From Alloascoidea hylecoeti (taxonomy: Eukaryota): DNA of 64,000 bases. The notes under the pieces are model-generated. The model saw only the letters and a program-made list of their open reading frames with translations. It did no database searches and was not told the origin of the DNA. A program made the translations under genes and the position numbers. This document shows positions 13,103 to 26,866 of the stretch, in pieces. The number at the start of each line of letters is the position of its first letter. The first letter of the stretch is position 1. Location: contig BCKZ01000005.1 in NCBI GenBank assembly GCA_001600815.1, forward strand, positions 974,875-1,038,874. The letters run 5' to 3'.

Positions 13103-15007
13103 ATGACGATGGGGAAAGCCAAACATCATAAGAAGGAGAGTAAAAATAAACTTGCTAAAGGAACAAGTGATCCTTATCCAACTAAAGATGCTAGATCTCA
13201 GAAAAAGTTATTAAAGAAAAAAATAGCTAAAAGGCATCATGATGAAGATGATAATGATGTAAAAATTAATAAAAAGAAAAAGAAGGTTAGTAAAAAAAAA
13301 GATGATGAGAGTGATGATGAAAGTAATGATGAAGAATTAGTTAATACCATTGATGAAAAACTCGTTAATATTGAGGATTTATTGGAGAAAACTGCTGAAA
13401 AAGAGGAAGATGAAAAGTCTGCAACTGAAGATGAAGATGAAAATAAAGAGGAAGACGAAGAGGAAGAAGAAGATAATGAGGAAGACGAAAACAAAGAAAA
13501 TGAAAGTGATTCCGAATCTAATGATAATGATGAAAAAGAAGAATCAAATCAAAAAGAACATGCAACTGAAAAGGAGCCGGTTCTATTTTCTGATCTTCAA
13601 ATTTCACAAAAAACACTACAAGGAATTGAAGTTATTGGACATACTAAAATGACAAGTGTTCAAGCAAGAACGATACCACCATTATTAGCAGGCCGTGATG
13701 TTTTAGGTGCCGCAAAAACAGGTTCTGGTAAAACTTTAGCATTTCTTATTCCTGCCATTGAAATGTTAAGATCACTAAAATTCAAACCAAGGAATGGTAC
13801 AGGAGCTATAGTCGTTTCCCCAACTCGTGAATTAGCACTACAAATATTTGGTGTTGCACAAGAATTATTAAAATTTCATACACAAACTGCTTGTATTGTT
13901 ATGGGTGGTGCAAATCGTCGGGCAGAAGCTGAAAAATTATCAAGAGGTGTTAATTTAGTAATTGCAACTCCTGGAAGATTGTTGGATCATTTACAAAATA
14001 CAGAAGGATTTGTTTTTAAAAATTTAAAAGCTTTAGTTATTGATGAAGCTGATCGAATTTTAGATGAAGGTTTTGAAAAAGAAATGAAACAAATTATTAA
14101 AATTTTACCAAATGAAGGAAGACAAACAATGTTATTCTCTGCAACTCAAACTACAAAAGTTGAAGATTTGGCAAGAATTTCTTTAAGAAAAGGTCCATTA
14201 TATATAAATGTTGATGAAGGTAAAGAGGTTGCAACTGCTGATGGTTTAGAACAAGGTTATGTTGTATGTGATAGTGATAAAAGATTTTTATTACTTTATT
14301 CATTCTTAAAAAGAAATGCAAATAAAAAGAAGATTGTTGTTTTTGCATCTTCTTGTAATAGTGTTAAATTTTATGGAGAATTATTAAATTATATTGATTT
14401 ACCAGTATTGGATCTTCATGGAAAACAAAAACAAGAAAAAAGAACAAAAACATTTTTTGAATTTAGAAATGCTTCAAATGGTATTTTGATTTGTACAGAT
14501 GTTGCTGCTCGTGGTTTAGATATTCCTGATGTTGATTGGATTATTCAATTTGATCCACCAGATGATCCAAGAGATTATATTCATAGAGTCGGTAGAACTG
14601 CAAGAGCTTCTGCTAAAGGAAGATCATTAATGTTTTTAACACCTTCTGAACTTGGATTCTTAAGTTATTTAAAAAAAGCAAAAGTACCATTAAATGAATA
14701 TGAATTTCCAGCAAATAAAATATTTAACGTTCAAACACAATTAGAAAGACTTGTTGCATCAAATTATCATCTTAATGGTTCAGCAACTGATGGTTTTAGA
14801 GCTTATTTACAAGCATATGCCAGTCATCATTTAAAAACTGTTTATCAAATAGATGCTCTTGATTTAGTTAAAGTTGCAAAGTCGTTTGGTTTTACTAAAC
14901 CACCAAAAGTTAATATTAGTATTGGATCAAGTGGTAAAGCTTCAAGACCAAGAGATAAATACAAACAAAACAATCCATCTCAGAAAAAATTTCAAAGACG
15001 AAATTAG
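13103..15007 (+). CDS. HAS1: ATP-dependent DEAD-box RNA helicase (DDX18/Has1)
   Basis: [44 protein letters not shown] and [11 protein letters not shown]; charged N-terminus. Confidence 0.96.
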   Translation: MTMGKAKHHKKESKNKLAKGTSDPYPTKDARSQKKLLKKKIAKRHHDEDDNDVKINKKKKKVSKKKDDESDDESNDEELVNTIDEKLVNIEDLLEKTAEKEEDEKSATEDEDENKEEDEEEEEDNEEDENKENESDSESNDNDEKEESNQKEHATEKEPVLFSDLQISQKTLQGIEVIGHTKMTSVQARTIPPLLAGRDVLGAAKTGSGKTLAFLIPAIEMLRSLKFKPRNGTGAIVVSPTRELALQIFGVAQELLKFHTQTACIVMGGANRRAEAEKLSRGVNLVIATPGRLLDHLQNTEGFVFKNLKALVIDEADRILDEGFEKEMKQIIKILPNEGRQTMLFSATQTTKVEDLARISLRKGPLYINVDEGKEVATADGLEQGYVVCDSDKRFLLLYSFLKRNANKKKIVVFASSCNSVKFYGELLNYIDLPVLDLHGKQKQEKRTKTFFEFRNASNGILICTDVAARGLDIPDVDWIIQFDPPDDPRDYIHRVGRTARASAKGRSLMFLTPSELGFLSYLKKAKVPLNEYEFPANKIFNVQTQLERLVASNYHLNGSATDGFRAYLQAYASHHLKTVYQIDALDLVKVAKSFGFTKPPKVNISIGSSGKASRPRDKYKQNNPSQKKFQRRN

Positions 15008-15218
15008 ATAAGCTATTTAAAAAAAATATGTACTTTTAATTTTCATTTAAAGTTATCTAACATAAATATATCATTTTATAAGACTCATTTATCTGTACTC
15101 ATTCGTAATAAGGTGTAAGGATGTGCACACTATAAATTAAATTAACCACGAAAATTTATATTCATAGACATTCATTTGTATTTTTCAATTGCAATTATAA
15201 GCTGGCTTGAACTGGAAA

Positions 15219-18200
15219 ATGAACAAAACCGATAGGACAGGCTCGGGTAAAGGAAAAGACAAATCTCAAGATGAGTTACAATCTTTTTTAAATTTAGCTA
15301 AAACTATGACAGATGCTTCATTAGCTATTAAACTACCTAATTCAATTAAACCACCTATTATAGATGATGATAAAACGGATTCAGGTACTGATTTCTATGA
15401 TACAGATTTAGAATCAATTTTTAGTAGGTTTCCTGGAATAGAATCTCCTTCTTTGTCGGAAGATGATGATTCAACACATATTAATAATCCAAATGAAGAC
15501 CTAATAAAACAGCTTCTGAAAGATTGTGACCGTATTTCCAATAAGCATGATGGAATGTCAAAATATGATGTTTTAGAAACTTTTAGAACTATTTTAATTT
15601 CACAAGCTTCAACCGATGATATTCAATCTGATTTATTTGATGCTTTTGGTTTTGATGAATTCGATTTAATTTCAAATATTATTCAACATCGTTTAAAATA
15701 TAATACACTTATTAAAGAATATTATGAAGGAGTCTATGATCATCTTGAAAATAATAATAATGGTAATACAGTCATAGATAGAAATCAGAAATTTCAATTT
15801 GTCACAAAAGAAGATAGAAATAGAATGGTTATGGAAAATCAAATAGCTGCTAAAAATGCACCTTTAAGACCAGAGGTTATTAATCTTGATAGTGAATATC
15901 CTCATGTTTATTCAAATCAAGGAACTGGTAATATTCTTTCCGAATTTGGTACTAAATATGCCTTACCTATGGGTACTGAAAGGATTAACGAACAAGTATG
16001 CAAATTTTATTTTTATATATAAAACAAAGAGAGAAATAATAGCTAATTATTCTTTTTATAGTACTACGAAGAAGTTATCATTCCTTATCCAGAAAAAAAA
16101 CCAATGATGTTTAATGAGAAACTTGTTCTTCTTGAAGAATTAGATGGCCTATGTCAGGGTACATTCAAAGGTTATAAATCATTAAACAGAATGCAATCTT
16201 TAGTTTACCCCGTTGCATATCAAACAAACGAAAATATGTTAGTTTGTGCTCCAACGGGCGCTGGTAAAACGGATGTTGCAATGTTAACTGCTTTACATAC
16301 TATTAGTCAGCATACAACATTAACTAATGTAGATGATGAAACAATTCAATATGATGTTAACTATTCAGATTTTAAGATCATTTATGTTGCTCCTTTAAAA
16401 GCTTTAGCTGCTGAAATAGTTGAAAAATTTGCTAAAAAATTAGCCTGGTTGGGTATATCTGTTAGAGAATTAACTGGTGATATGCAATTAACAAAAGCTG
16501 AAATTTTAACAACTCAAATGATTGTTACAACACCTGAAAAATGGGATGTTGTTACAAGAAAGGCAAATGGTGATAATGAACTTATTCAAAAAGTTAAACT
16601 TTTAATTATTGATGAAGTTCATTTATTACATGAAGAACGTGGTTCGGTTATTGAAACATTAGTTGCGAGAACTTTAAGACAAGTTGAGAGTTCACAATCA
16701 ATGATTAGAGTTATTGGTTTATCTGCAACTTTGCCAAATTATGTTGATGTTGCTGATTTCCTTGGTGTTAATAGAATGGTTGGAATGTTCTATTTTGATC
16801 AATCTTTTAGACCCGTACCGTTAGAACAACATTTCATCGGTGTTAAAGGAAAAGCAGGTAGTAGGCAAGCGCAAGAAAATATCGATAAGGTTGCTTATGA
16901 TAAATTAATTCTTAACTTAAAAAATGATAAACAAGTTATGATTTTTGTTCATAGTAGAAAAGAAACTTCAAAAACTGGTAGAACTTTTATAAATTTCGCT
17001 CGAAACCACCATGATCAAGATGTATTTGATTGTTCAGATTCATCAAGTTATATAAAATATAAAAGAGAAATGGCCACAAAATCAAGAAATAAAGATATGA
17101 GAGATTTATTTGATGGTGGTTTTGGTGTGCATCATGCTGGTATGACGAGATCTGATAGAAATCTAACTGAAAAAATGTTTCTATCTGGAGCCATTAAAGT
17201 TTTATGTTGTACCGCTACTTTGGCTTGGGGTGTGAATTTACCCGCTGGTGTTGTTATTATTAAAGGTACTCAGGTCTATAATGCAAAACAAGGTGGATTT
17301 GTTGATTTGGGAATCTCTGATGTTATTCAGATTTTTGGTAGAGCTGGTAGACCACAATTTGAGAAATTTGGTACTGGAATAATATGCACTACTAATGATA
17401 GATTATCTCATTATGTTTCGTTGATTACCCAACAGCATCCTATAGAATCGCGCTTTTCTGCGAAACTTGTTGATAATTTGAATGCGGAAATTTCACTCGG
17501 TACTGTTACTAATGTTGAAGAAGCAATTCAATGGCTTGGTTACACATATATGTATGTAAGAATGAGAGAGAATCCTTTTAAGTATGGTATCGATAGATCG
17601 GAGTTGGTAGATGATCCAACTTTAGGTCAAAAGCGTCGAAATATGATTATTGAAGCAGCAAGAAGATTACATTTATTACAGATGATTATATTTGATGAAA
17701 GATCTGGTATTTTTATTGCAAAGGATAATGGTAGGGTTGCATCTGATTTTTATCTATTAAATAATAGTATTGAAATCTTTAATTCTGTCTTGAATCCAAG
17801 AGCTACTGAAGCTGATATTTTATCAATGATTAGTATGAGTGGGGAATTTGATAATATTAAGGCAAGACCAGAGGAGACAAAAGAATTGGAAAGTTTGTTG
17901 GAAGAATATTCCCCTTGTCAAATTGCTGGTGGTATTGATACTCCACAAGGTAAAACAAACGTTCTTCTTCAAGCATATATCTCAAAAGCGAACGTTCAAG
18001 ATTCTGCATTGATATCTGATAGAAATTATGTTGCTCAAAATGCTGTCAGAATCGTTAGGGCTTTATTTTTAATTTCAATGAATAGACGTTGGGGTATTCT
18101 TAGTAAAGTATTATTATCAATTTGTAAAGCTGTTGAAAAACAATTATGGTCTGGTTATGAACATCCATTAAGACAATTTGATAACATTTCAGAACAAATT

Positions 18201-21200
18201 TTTAAAGTTCTAGAATCGAAAGATTCAAATATTGCAAAATTGAGAGATATGGAACCTGGTGAGTTGGGTCAATTTGTTCACAATACTAAAATGGGTAAAA
18301 CACTTGCAAGAGCGATTGATAGATTTCCTTGGTTAATTATTAATGCTGAAGTTTTCCCAATAACAAAAAATGTGCTAAGAATTCATGTTGAAATTGAACC
18401 TGATTTTATTTGGGATGATAGATACCATGGAAAAGCGCAATATTTCTGGGTTTGGGTTGAAGATTCAGAATCATCCATAATTTTACATGTTGAAAAATTC
18501 ATACTGTCTAAAAGACAATTTAATGGTGATCATGTTTTAGATTTCATGATTCCATTGACTGATCCTTTGCCTCCACAGGTCATAATTAGAGCAATATCAG
18601 ACACTTGGGTTGAATCTGAATCAGTTCATGCTATTTCATTTCAACATTTAATAAGGCCTGAAAATGAAGTAATCCAAACAAAATTATTAAGACTACAACC
18701 GTTGCCAATAACAGCCCTTCATAACCCAGATGTTGAAGAGATTTATCGACCAAAATTCAGATATTTTAATCCTATGCAAACGATGGTTTTTCATACACTT
18801 TATAACACAAATGGAAATGTATTTGTTGGATCACCTACTGGATCAGGTAAAACATTAGTTGCAGAATTGGCAATTTGGAGAGCATATAGAGAGTATCCAA
18901 ATTCCAAAGTTGTTTATATTGCCCCTATGAAAGCATTGGTTAGAGAAAGGGTCGATGATTGGAGTCAACGTATTATGAAGCCTGTTGGGAAGAAATTGGT
19001 TGAATTGACTGGTGATTCAACACCTGATGCAAGAGATGTTAAAAACGCCGATTTAATTATTACTACACCTGAGAAATTTGACGGTATTTCAAGAAATTGG
19101 AAGACTAGAAAATTCGTTCAAGAAGTTTCATTAGTTATCATGGATGAAATTCATTTGTTAGCAAGTGATCGTGGACCAATTTTAGAAATGATTGTTAGTA
19201 GAATGAATTATATGAGTTCTAAATTAAAGCATCCTGTTCGATTATTAGGGTTATCAACTGCCGTTTCTAATGCTGCTGATATGAGTGGTTGGTTAGGGGT
19301 TAAAGAAGGGTTATTTAATTTCCCACAATCAGTACGACCAGTTCCTTTACAAATGTATATTGATGGATTTCAAGATAATTTAGCGTTTTGTCCATTGATG
19401 AAAACAATGAATAAACCTGCTTTTATGGCAATTAAAACACATTCACCAAGTAAACCGGTTTTAATCTTTGTTGCTTCTCGTCGACAAACTAGATTAACTG
19501 CAATTGATTTGATTAATTTATGTGGTATGGAAGAAAATCCAAGAAGATTTTTGAAAATGAATGAAGATGAACTACATTCAATTTTAGCAAAAGTTAAGGA
19601 TGATACTTTAAAATTATCATTACAGTTTGGTATTGGATTACATCATGCTGGTTTAGTTGATTCTGATAGAAGAATAAGTCATGAATTATTTGCCAGTAGT
19701 AAAATCCAAATATTAGTTGCAACAAGTACATTAGCATGGGGTGTTAATTTACCAGCATATCTTGTTATCATTAAAGGTACACAATTTTTCGATGCAAAAA
19801 CAGAAGCATATAAAGATATGGATTTAACCGATATTTTACAAATGATGGGTAGAGCAGGTAGACCTGCATTTGATACTAGTGGTATTGCAATAATCTATAC
19901 AAAAGAATCCAAGAAAACATTTTATAAGCATTTCTTGAATATTGGATTCCCTGTTGAATCATCATTACATAAAGTTATGAGTGATCATTTAGGTGCTGAG
20001 ATTCAATCAGGTACAATTAAGTCAAAACAGGAAGCAATTGAATTTTTATCATGGACATTCTTATTTAGACGAGTTCATAATAATCCATCATATTATGGCA
20101 TAAATGAAATCAGAGGGGATGATGATGATGATGATGAGGAAGAAAGTTCAAAATACTCAAATGAAGCTATTAATAAATATTTGTCTGGATTAATTCAAAG
20201 TTCAATTGAAGAATTAAAAAAATCAAGTTGTATTGAATACTTAGGAGATGAAAATCTGATATCACCAACACCTTTTTTAAAGATATCAAGTTATTACTAT
20301 CTTTCACATAAAACAATTCGAAATTTATTGAGTAAAATTAATAGAAATGCAAATTTTAAAGAATGTTTAACATGGTTATGTGAAGCAACTGAATATGATG
20401 AATTACCTGTTCGACATAATGAAGATCTAATTAATATTGAAATGTCAAAGGAAATGAGATATCAAGGTGAAGAGCTTGGTGTTGTAATGTGGGATCCTCA
20501 TGTGAAATCCTTTTTATTATTGCAGGCATTTATGAGTCGTGTTGAGTTGCCAATTACTGATTATATTCAAGATACAGTATCTGTTTTAGATCAGAGTTTA
20601 CGTATTTTACAAGCTTCAGTTGATGTTTCCACCGAACTGGGATATTTGTCTACTACATTAACTTTCATTAAATTAATTCGGTGTATTAAACAAGCCTGTT
20701 GGTTTGATGATGATCCTGTTTCAACATTGCCAGGCTTAAAGTTGAGAGAGTTACCTAAATCTGAAGAACAAGATCATGAGACCAATTCAGAAGAAAAGGA
20801 TAATAAAGGCAAAAATAAGGAACAATTTACAACTATTGGTGATTTAGGACATATGAATCTTAAACAATTGGAGAAAATTGCAACCAAACTTGGTGTTAAG
20901 AATTCATTCAAAAAAGAATTTTTAAATGTAACAAGTAAATTGCCAACTGGTAATTTGAAGATACATAATGATGATGATAATTTACATGTTAAAATCACCC
21001 ATAATAATCCTGGTTCGCTTGGTAAAGATTTCAAAATGTATTGTCCTAAATTTCCAAAAACACAAAAAGAGTCATGGTTTATTATATTGTATGATGAATC
21101 AAAAGATGAATTATTATTATTAAAGAGATCATCTCCACCTCAATTTCGATCACATGGAGGTGATAATAGAATAGCGAGTGTTGAAACTACTATCAAATTA

Positions 21201-21290
21201 CCAGAAGCTTTGAAAGGAAGGAATATGGAAATCAAAATTATTAATGATGCAATTGATATTGAATATAGCACTAAATTTGTTTACAACTGA
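15219..21290 (+). CDS. SLH1: Ski2-like tandem-cassette helicase (Slh1/Rqt2/ASCC3); 2 exons (15219-15995, 16062-21290)
   Basis: Intron 15996-16061 (GTATGC...GCTAAT...TAG) joins the 271-aa and 1728-aa ORFs in frame. Two helicase cassettes (APTGAGKT/DEVH and SPTGSGKT/DEIH), each with a Sec63 domain. Confidence 0.94.
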
Positions 21291-22356
21291 AGGAAAGAAT
21301 AGTCATCACATTAATTAATATATAGTCATCACATTAATTAATATATATTTATCATTATTTCAGTTGATAGTGATAACGTAGAGATCTAAAGAAAAGCAGT
21401 GGTAATTAGTGATCGCCACGAAATACGTAACGTTGAAACATGAGGAAACGGAAGGTGTTATATTTAATCTGAATTTGAACCAACCCAAGCTCAAGTATAA
21501 GTTTACGAGAAATACTCATCTGTTACGTTTGAGCTTTAAGAATATTCTTTTAAATTGGTTAATATTAACAACATATGCTTATAGTAGGCCACCTACTTGA
21601 AACTATTGGTCCACCTTGGTGAATGGAATTCTTATGTTGTACCTTTATGTTCATCTCTTCAATATTCTAAATACAAGAACAATTGGCCTTAGAACTTTCA
21701 TAACATTCAATATATGTAGGAATAGTATACAAATGGATGCTTACATTGCAAGTGGACTCTAGATTATGCTCACTTAATATTTCCATTTGAGGTTAACAAT
21801 TTCAACTTTTAACTAGTGTTAATATAGTCATAAATATTCTATTTCGGTTTCTACCACATATTCATATGGGTGTTGGTATTGGGTATATGAATATTGTGAA
21901 CAACAATCGATTCATTTTGAACCAACTTCATGCTTTGAAATTAGATTTTCATTCAGAAATTGGAGCTAAACGAAGACTTATTCGAAGAGTTTGAAGAGGA
22001 AACATGAATTTTATTTAAAAAATTAGCCAAAGCTTATTTAATTCGTATCACCGATCGCGAAAGTATCTTTTCTATACTATCATATATTTAAAGAGATATA
22101 TGTACTACATACCGGTGAATATATATCTAGAAATTTTGATTTGAAATCAATATTACGTTGTCAAGCTAATGAATATAATGTAACTTATAAATTAAAATGA
22201 AGTAAAATCTTATCTGGGTATAGGTTATTATGCAGTATTTGTCAAGTTATGGCCAATAAATAATTCAATTTCTACTACAAACCTGAACATTATAGAGTAA
22301 TATTTAAAATATAGATTATAAAGTTATAAAGTTATAAATTCCCATTACTTTGACTA

Positions 22357-23786
22357 TTACTTTTCTATTTTATCAACCCTTTTCTGTAAATCTTCAATCC
22401 ATTCTTTAATTTCTTGTTTATTAACAACTAATTTATCATTATGATTTTCTAATTTCTTTTCAACATCAGTCAAAGACTTTTCCCATTTTTTAATATCTAA
22501 GTTAATACTATTTATATTATTTTCAATTTGATGAATTGAATCAACAGAAGAACCAATATCTAGGTGTAAAGATTTTAAAGATTTTAAACGATTATAAATA
22601 AATGGAATATTTGAAGAAATTGACTCAAGTGATGATAATTTATTATATAATTCATTTATTTTTAAATTTGTTTCCTTTTCAAGTTCTGATAAGTTATTAT
22701 TAGAATTTTTATTTAATATTGATGTTGTTGTTGTTGTTGATCTTGTAAGTCTTGAACTTCTTAATAATGCAGTTTCTGTTAAATGTCTTGAAGTTATAAT
22801 TTTTTCAGATTGTGTATATAATTTTTCAATTTTTGTTGATAATTCTTCTAATTGTTTTGGAGAACTATCTAATATTGTTATTTTTTTGGACATCTGATTT
22901 AAAACGGTACGAATTGGTTGATTTGTAGAATTATTTGAAATTGTTTGCATTTCAAGAACTTGTGGTCCTAATAAATTTTCTAATTTTGTGATTCTATTTT
23001 CAAGTAATATAAATTTATTAATAACTTTTTTATCTGGTGTTGTTTGTTTCTAATAAAAAAATATTTTGGGTTAAATAATCATTTTTAAAAATGAATAGAA
23101 AATCTAATTACTTACAGATAGTGGATTAAATTGTGATATAATAGATTTTGATTCTTCATTCTCCGGTTTTAAATCCTTTAATAGATTCATATTTTTCCCC
23201 TCATCTAGTGGTAATTTTGTATTTACTTCTAAGTTTTCTAGAATTTCTCTTAAACCATCTAAATCCTTTTCTTGCTTTGTATTAATTTGTTCATGCCCTT
23301 TTTCTTCCTGTTGTTCCTTTAACACTTTAATTTCCTCAATTTCTCGTTTTAATCTTGAAATTCTAGCATCTAAAGTTTCATTAACAGAATAAGTATTAAA
23401 AGTTGAAAACTTATCAACACGATCTGAAAAGTCCGTATCGCGTGCATCAATTACTTCATTTTCAAATCGTTTAAAAGCAGATTCTGTTGAAAAGACTCCT
23501 TGATCAATTGATGAGCGTCGAGAAGAAGGATCTAAATGTTCATTATTTTCTGTCTAATATTCGATTAATTTTGGTGATTAGAAAGAAGAGAAGTGATAAA
23601 TGTTGATTGATTGAACATACTTCAGATGGATCCAGGTCTTCTATATCGGGAGTTTCATAAACATCCTTTGAAGATAAATCCTATTTTGATAAATTAGCTA
23701 CTGGTAAATATGAAATAAGATAGTTTAAAATAACATACAATATCTGGTAGACCTGTGAAATTCCCAGCAAACTTTCCCGGTTGCAT
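22357..23786 (-). CDS. Dynamitin (dynactin p50, DCTN2/Jnm1 family); 4 exons
   Basis: Splicing out 23738-23681, 23620-23554 and 23115-23050 gives MQPGKFAGNFTGLPDI|DLSSKDVYETPDIE...DFSDRV...ETLDARISRLKREIEE...ENRITKLENLLG...RLKSLKSLH, matching dynamitin-family motifs and coiled coils. Confidence 0.82.
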
Positions 23787-23971
23787 TTTATATTTATGTT
23801 GAAGATGGAAATGGAAGGTGCAAGGAGGTTATGTGAACAGTTACCCTGCCTATGGTATTTATTATTAGCAATTCCAGCAATACGCATACCTATATAAATT
23901 TTTTTTATACCTTTCTTTTTATTCTAAATTATACCAATCTAAAAATACTTTCCATTTATTTAGTAATACTC

Positions 23972-24208
23972 ATGACCATTCCGGCTGAGAGTGACGCAAA
24001 AGAAACTAACAATACTATTATCAGTCCCATAGTATCAATTAAGACACAAAAAAGGAAGTTTATATCAGAAAGTCTGCGCAAAAGCAAAAAGAGAATAAAA
24101 AAATTATATTTCAATCCTCATAAATGTAAAGTACCATCACCTTTAAGGAATGAAATCATATATTACAAAAGAAGAACACAAACACAAAACAATGATAAGG
24201 ATATATAG
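23972..24208 (+). CDS. Possible small basic protein (78 aa)
   Basis: ATG about 80 bp downstream of a TATATAAA; Lys/Arg-rich with a PSPLRNE motif; no recognisable family. Confidence 0.25.
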   Translation: MTIPAESDAKETNNTIISPIVSIKTQKRKFISESLRKSKKRIKKLYFNPHKCKVPSPLRNEIIYYKRRTQTQNNDKDI

Positions 24209-24558
24209 CTATCAATTAAATTTGCCTATGATAGTCATGGAGGACTAATTAATATTATATGGCTTCAAGATAAAATCAACAATTGTTGATTATTTAATCA
24301 CGAAACAGAAATATGTTTGATAACATTAATTGGGTTGGGGCACCGGTGAACCCATCAGACAAATTCAGGGGATAATGTCTTTCAATTGCAATCAGAATAT
24401 ATTCTTATTAAATATTTCAAACAAAATATAATATTTATATTTATTTATATTTAATTGACTTTGAACTAATTCTTATAATGTTACAATTATAGAGCATTTT
24501 TTAATATAAGCTTATACCGGTATATCTAGTTTGAATTTAAGTCTATCTTTAAATTAAG

Positions 24559-25302
24559 GTACTTTTATTTCCATTCATTTTTTATCTTATCCATCTATAG
24601 GTCTAATATTCGTACTAAAAATTTTGTTACAAGCGCCGATATATTTTGATATATGCGCTGAAATAGTTTGTTCTATTTGCCGAAGTTAAGTGGAAACATT
24701 AGTTGTAAAAGTATGGGGAAATGATGATTTTTATATATATATTATAATATATTTTAATTTATTTTTTTCTGTATCGAAAATGAGCTTTTTCTCGGCCGAA
24801 ATTTTGATCCACTGGAATATGCATGCAACAGTATACTGATTACGCTATGAAGAAATATATATGGATTCAGATGCATGCATGCATCTAGATAAGGTAGGTT
24901 TAATTGTCCGGATCCTACGTAGAGCAAACGTGACCCTATTTCTACGGCGAAATCTGGCCTACCTTTTGTCATCTTTAATATAAAGGCATAAATGATGTGA
25001 TTTTGGTAATGTGTTCATATTTTTTGCGCGAAGGGCGTTGAAATTTTTTGCTTCTCAAAAGTTATTCGTTTACAGTGCGATGAGTGACTCCGTATTTATT
25101 TTTCAGCGCAAGCATTCACAGGTGCCATGACCGTACTCGATACCGGCGTGCACCACATTTAAAATGTAGCTATATGGCATATGGGATTAAATATTCACTT
25201 TTAATTTACGACTAATGTCCAATATTGATTTTCATATGTTGTCAGCAATTTCTAATAGAGATAAGATAGCCTTGCATATTATGTGGACTCAATGTGGGGT
25301 AC
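24559..25302 (+). repeat. Non-coding segment A; diverged direct repeat of 32023-32739
   Basis: Shared blocks include ctataggtctaatattcgtac, caagcgccgatatattttgat, gcatctagataaggtaggtttaa, aaacgtgaccctattt and taaatattcacttttaatttacga. Confidence 0.93.
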
Positions 25303-25677
25303 GTTCCTGGTTCAATATTCTTCTAACGAAAGGATGGTGGCACTCTTCGAATCCGGCAGTGGTAAGTGAAAAATATCAATTGCTTACAACGTGAAAAGCG
25401 TAAAAAAATGAAAATGAGTATGGGGGTTGAAACACATCTACGATGTAGCTATAGAATTATTTTATCAGTGGTGGATGAAGTGATTGACTGGAAGTACTTC
25501 TAGGACCCGCCCATCACCAGGGCAAAAGTCATTCCAAGCTAGATGATAATGGACACTATAATGTATTTATTACAATATCGTTTTCTCGAAAGGAGCCCAC
25601 CGATCGGGTATTTTAAGGATTCCACATCGGATAAATACTGGTTTTTCCGCACTATTCTCAATTCTACGTCCCACATC
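25303..25677 (+). repeat. Non-coding segment B; diverged direct repeat of about 43198-43517
   Basis: Shared caattgcttacaa, gaagtgattg(a/g)ctggaa, atcacca..gcaaaag and agatgataa.gg.cactataa. Confidence 0.8.
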
Positions 25678-26157
25678 CTAGAAGGCTTGGTAAACAAAAA
25701 TAAGTGGTGAAATTCACAATGTTGAGGTTGATATCATTATAATTTATTGAGGAGATACTTTTTATTTTCTGATGAACATGTATTGTAAATTATTTTGAAT
25801 TTGCGAGGAGGGAGTAGGTGAAAGCATTAATTACAAAAAAGAAAAAAAATAGCATTGGAAGCAATTAGGGAAGAAGTATTGGCAGTTTTTTGTAACTGCC
25901 ATATTCTTTTGAGAACCTAGCAAATGTCATTAGTATAGATTAATGGTTCTGTCGAACTTTAACTGTACTGGGTATAATCTGTATTGTACTGGCGAACTGC
26001 TTAAAAGATCCTTTCCACATGTACAAGAAGAAGAGGAAAGCGGTAGTATTTCCCATAAAAATGATCACATGATGATAGCTCCCTCAAACTCAACTGCCAA
26101 TGTTTATAAAATAATATCAATTGAGTTGTATCAGTAATCCATATAAGAGCTTATATA

Positions 26158-26403
26158 CAGTATTTTCACTTAATATCGGACACTTGAAGCACTAAATATT
26201 CGGACATGTGATGAAATAATATACCCGAACCAATTGAATAAGTGACATGTAGTGTATAGAGGTGTTTATTAATCAGCCCAGTTAGAAAACCCGAAAGATC
26301 TAGTGCCCGAATACTATTTCATCACATGTCCGAATATTTAGTGTCGTGATCACATGTCCAAATAATTAGTCCTTCAAGTGTCCGATATTAAGTGAAAATA
26401 CTA
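26158..26403. mobile_element. 246-bp MITE of Tc1/mariner-pogo type (long TIRs, TA target duplication)
   Basis: The left end CAGTATTTTCACTTAATATCGGACACTTGAAG is the reverse complement of the right end CTTCAAGTGTCCGATATTAAGTGAAAATACTA (last base mismatched). TA at 26156-26157 and 26404-26405; the inverted match extends about 60 bp. Confidence 0.85.
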
Positions 26404-26866
26404 TATATGTTATTAATCCAGAAACCAAATGCATGTATTATTCTGGATTTTAGTCCCCTGAATCCGTGAATTACCGTTATTTCCTTTCATTAATTAATGA
26501 TATCTTATAGAATTTATGATGTAACGTGTACAACATCCCTCAGTTGTGGGGGACTCCGATTGGCGGAATTACCTTCACGGAAAAGTATTAGGTGTTAACC
26601 GAAAAAAAAACCGCAAAGTAGGATGTTAAGATTATACTAATACCTACAAATCTACTCATTAATGTAACAATTATTTTCTCAGTCATCCCGACTCATGGAA
26701 ATAAGTCGGGTTTTGTACTAACCCCTACTTTATTTCATGTAGCTTATATGCATCATTATGCGCTGCAGTTCTAAAAGAGGAATAAAGACTATGTGTATAA
26801 AAGATGGAATTCTCTCCTTCTACCATTTAAGATTTCAATTGACTTTTCTATTTGTTTTTAATCATA

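Noticed and set aside
18500..20645. Possible CUG codon reassignment
   Set aside because: CTG codons in SLH1 (KFILSK, TELGYL) fall where Leu is expected, so there is no sign of CUG-Ser or CUG-Ala, although the sample is tiny.
11340..21034. ORFs 11340, 12291, 13237, 13350, 14151, 15886 and 20774
   Set aside because: Antisense or off-frame overlaps of HER2, HAS1 and SLH1.
21400..22010. Coding-looking stretch between SLH1 and dynamitin
   Set aside because: Only short frames with no recognisable motif.
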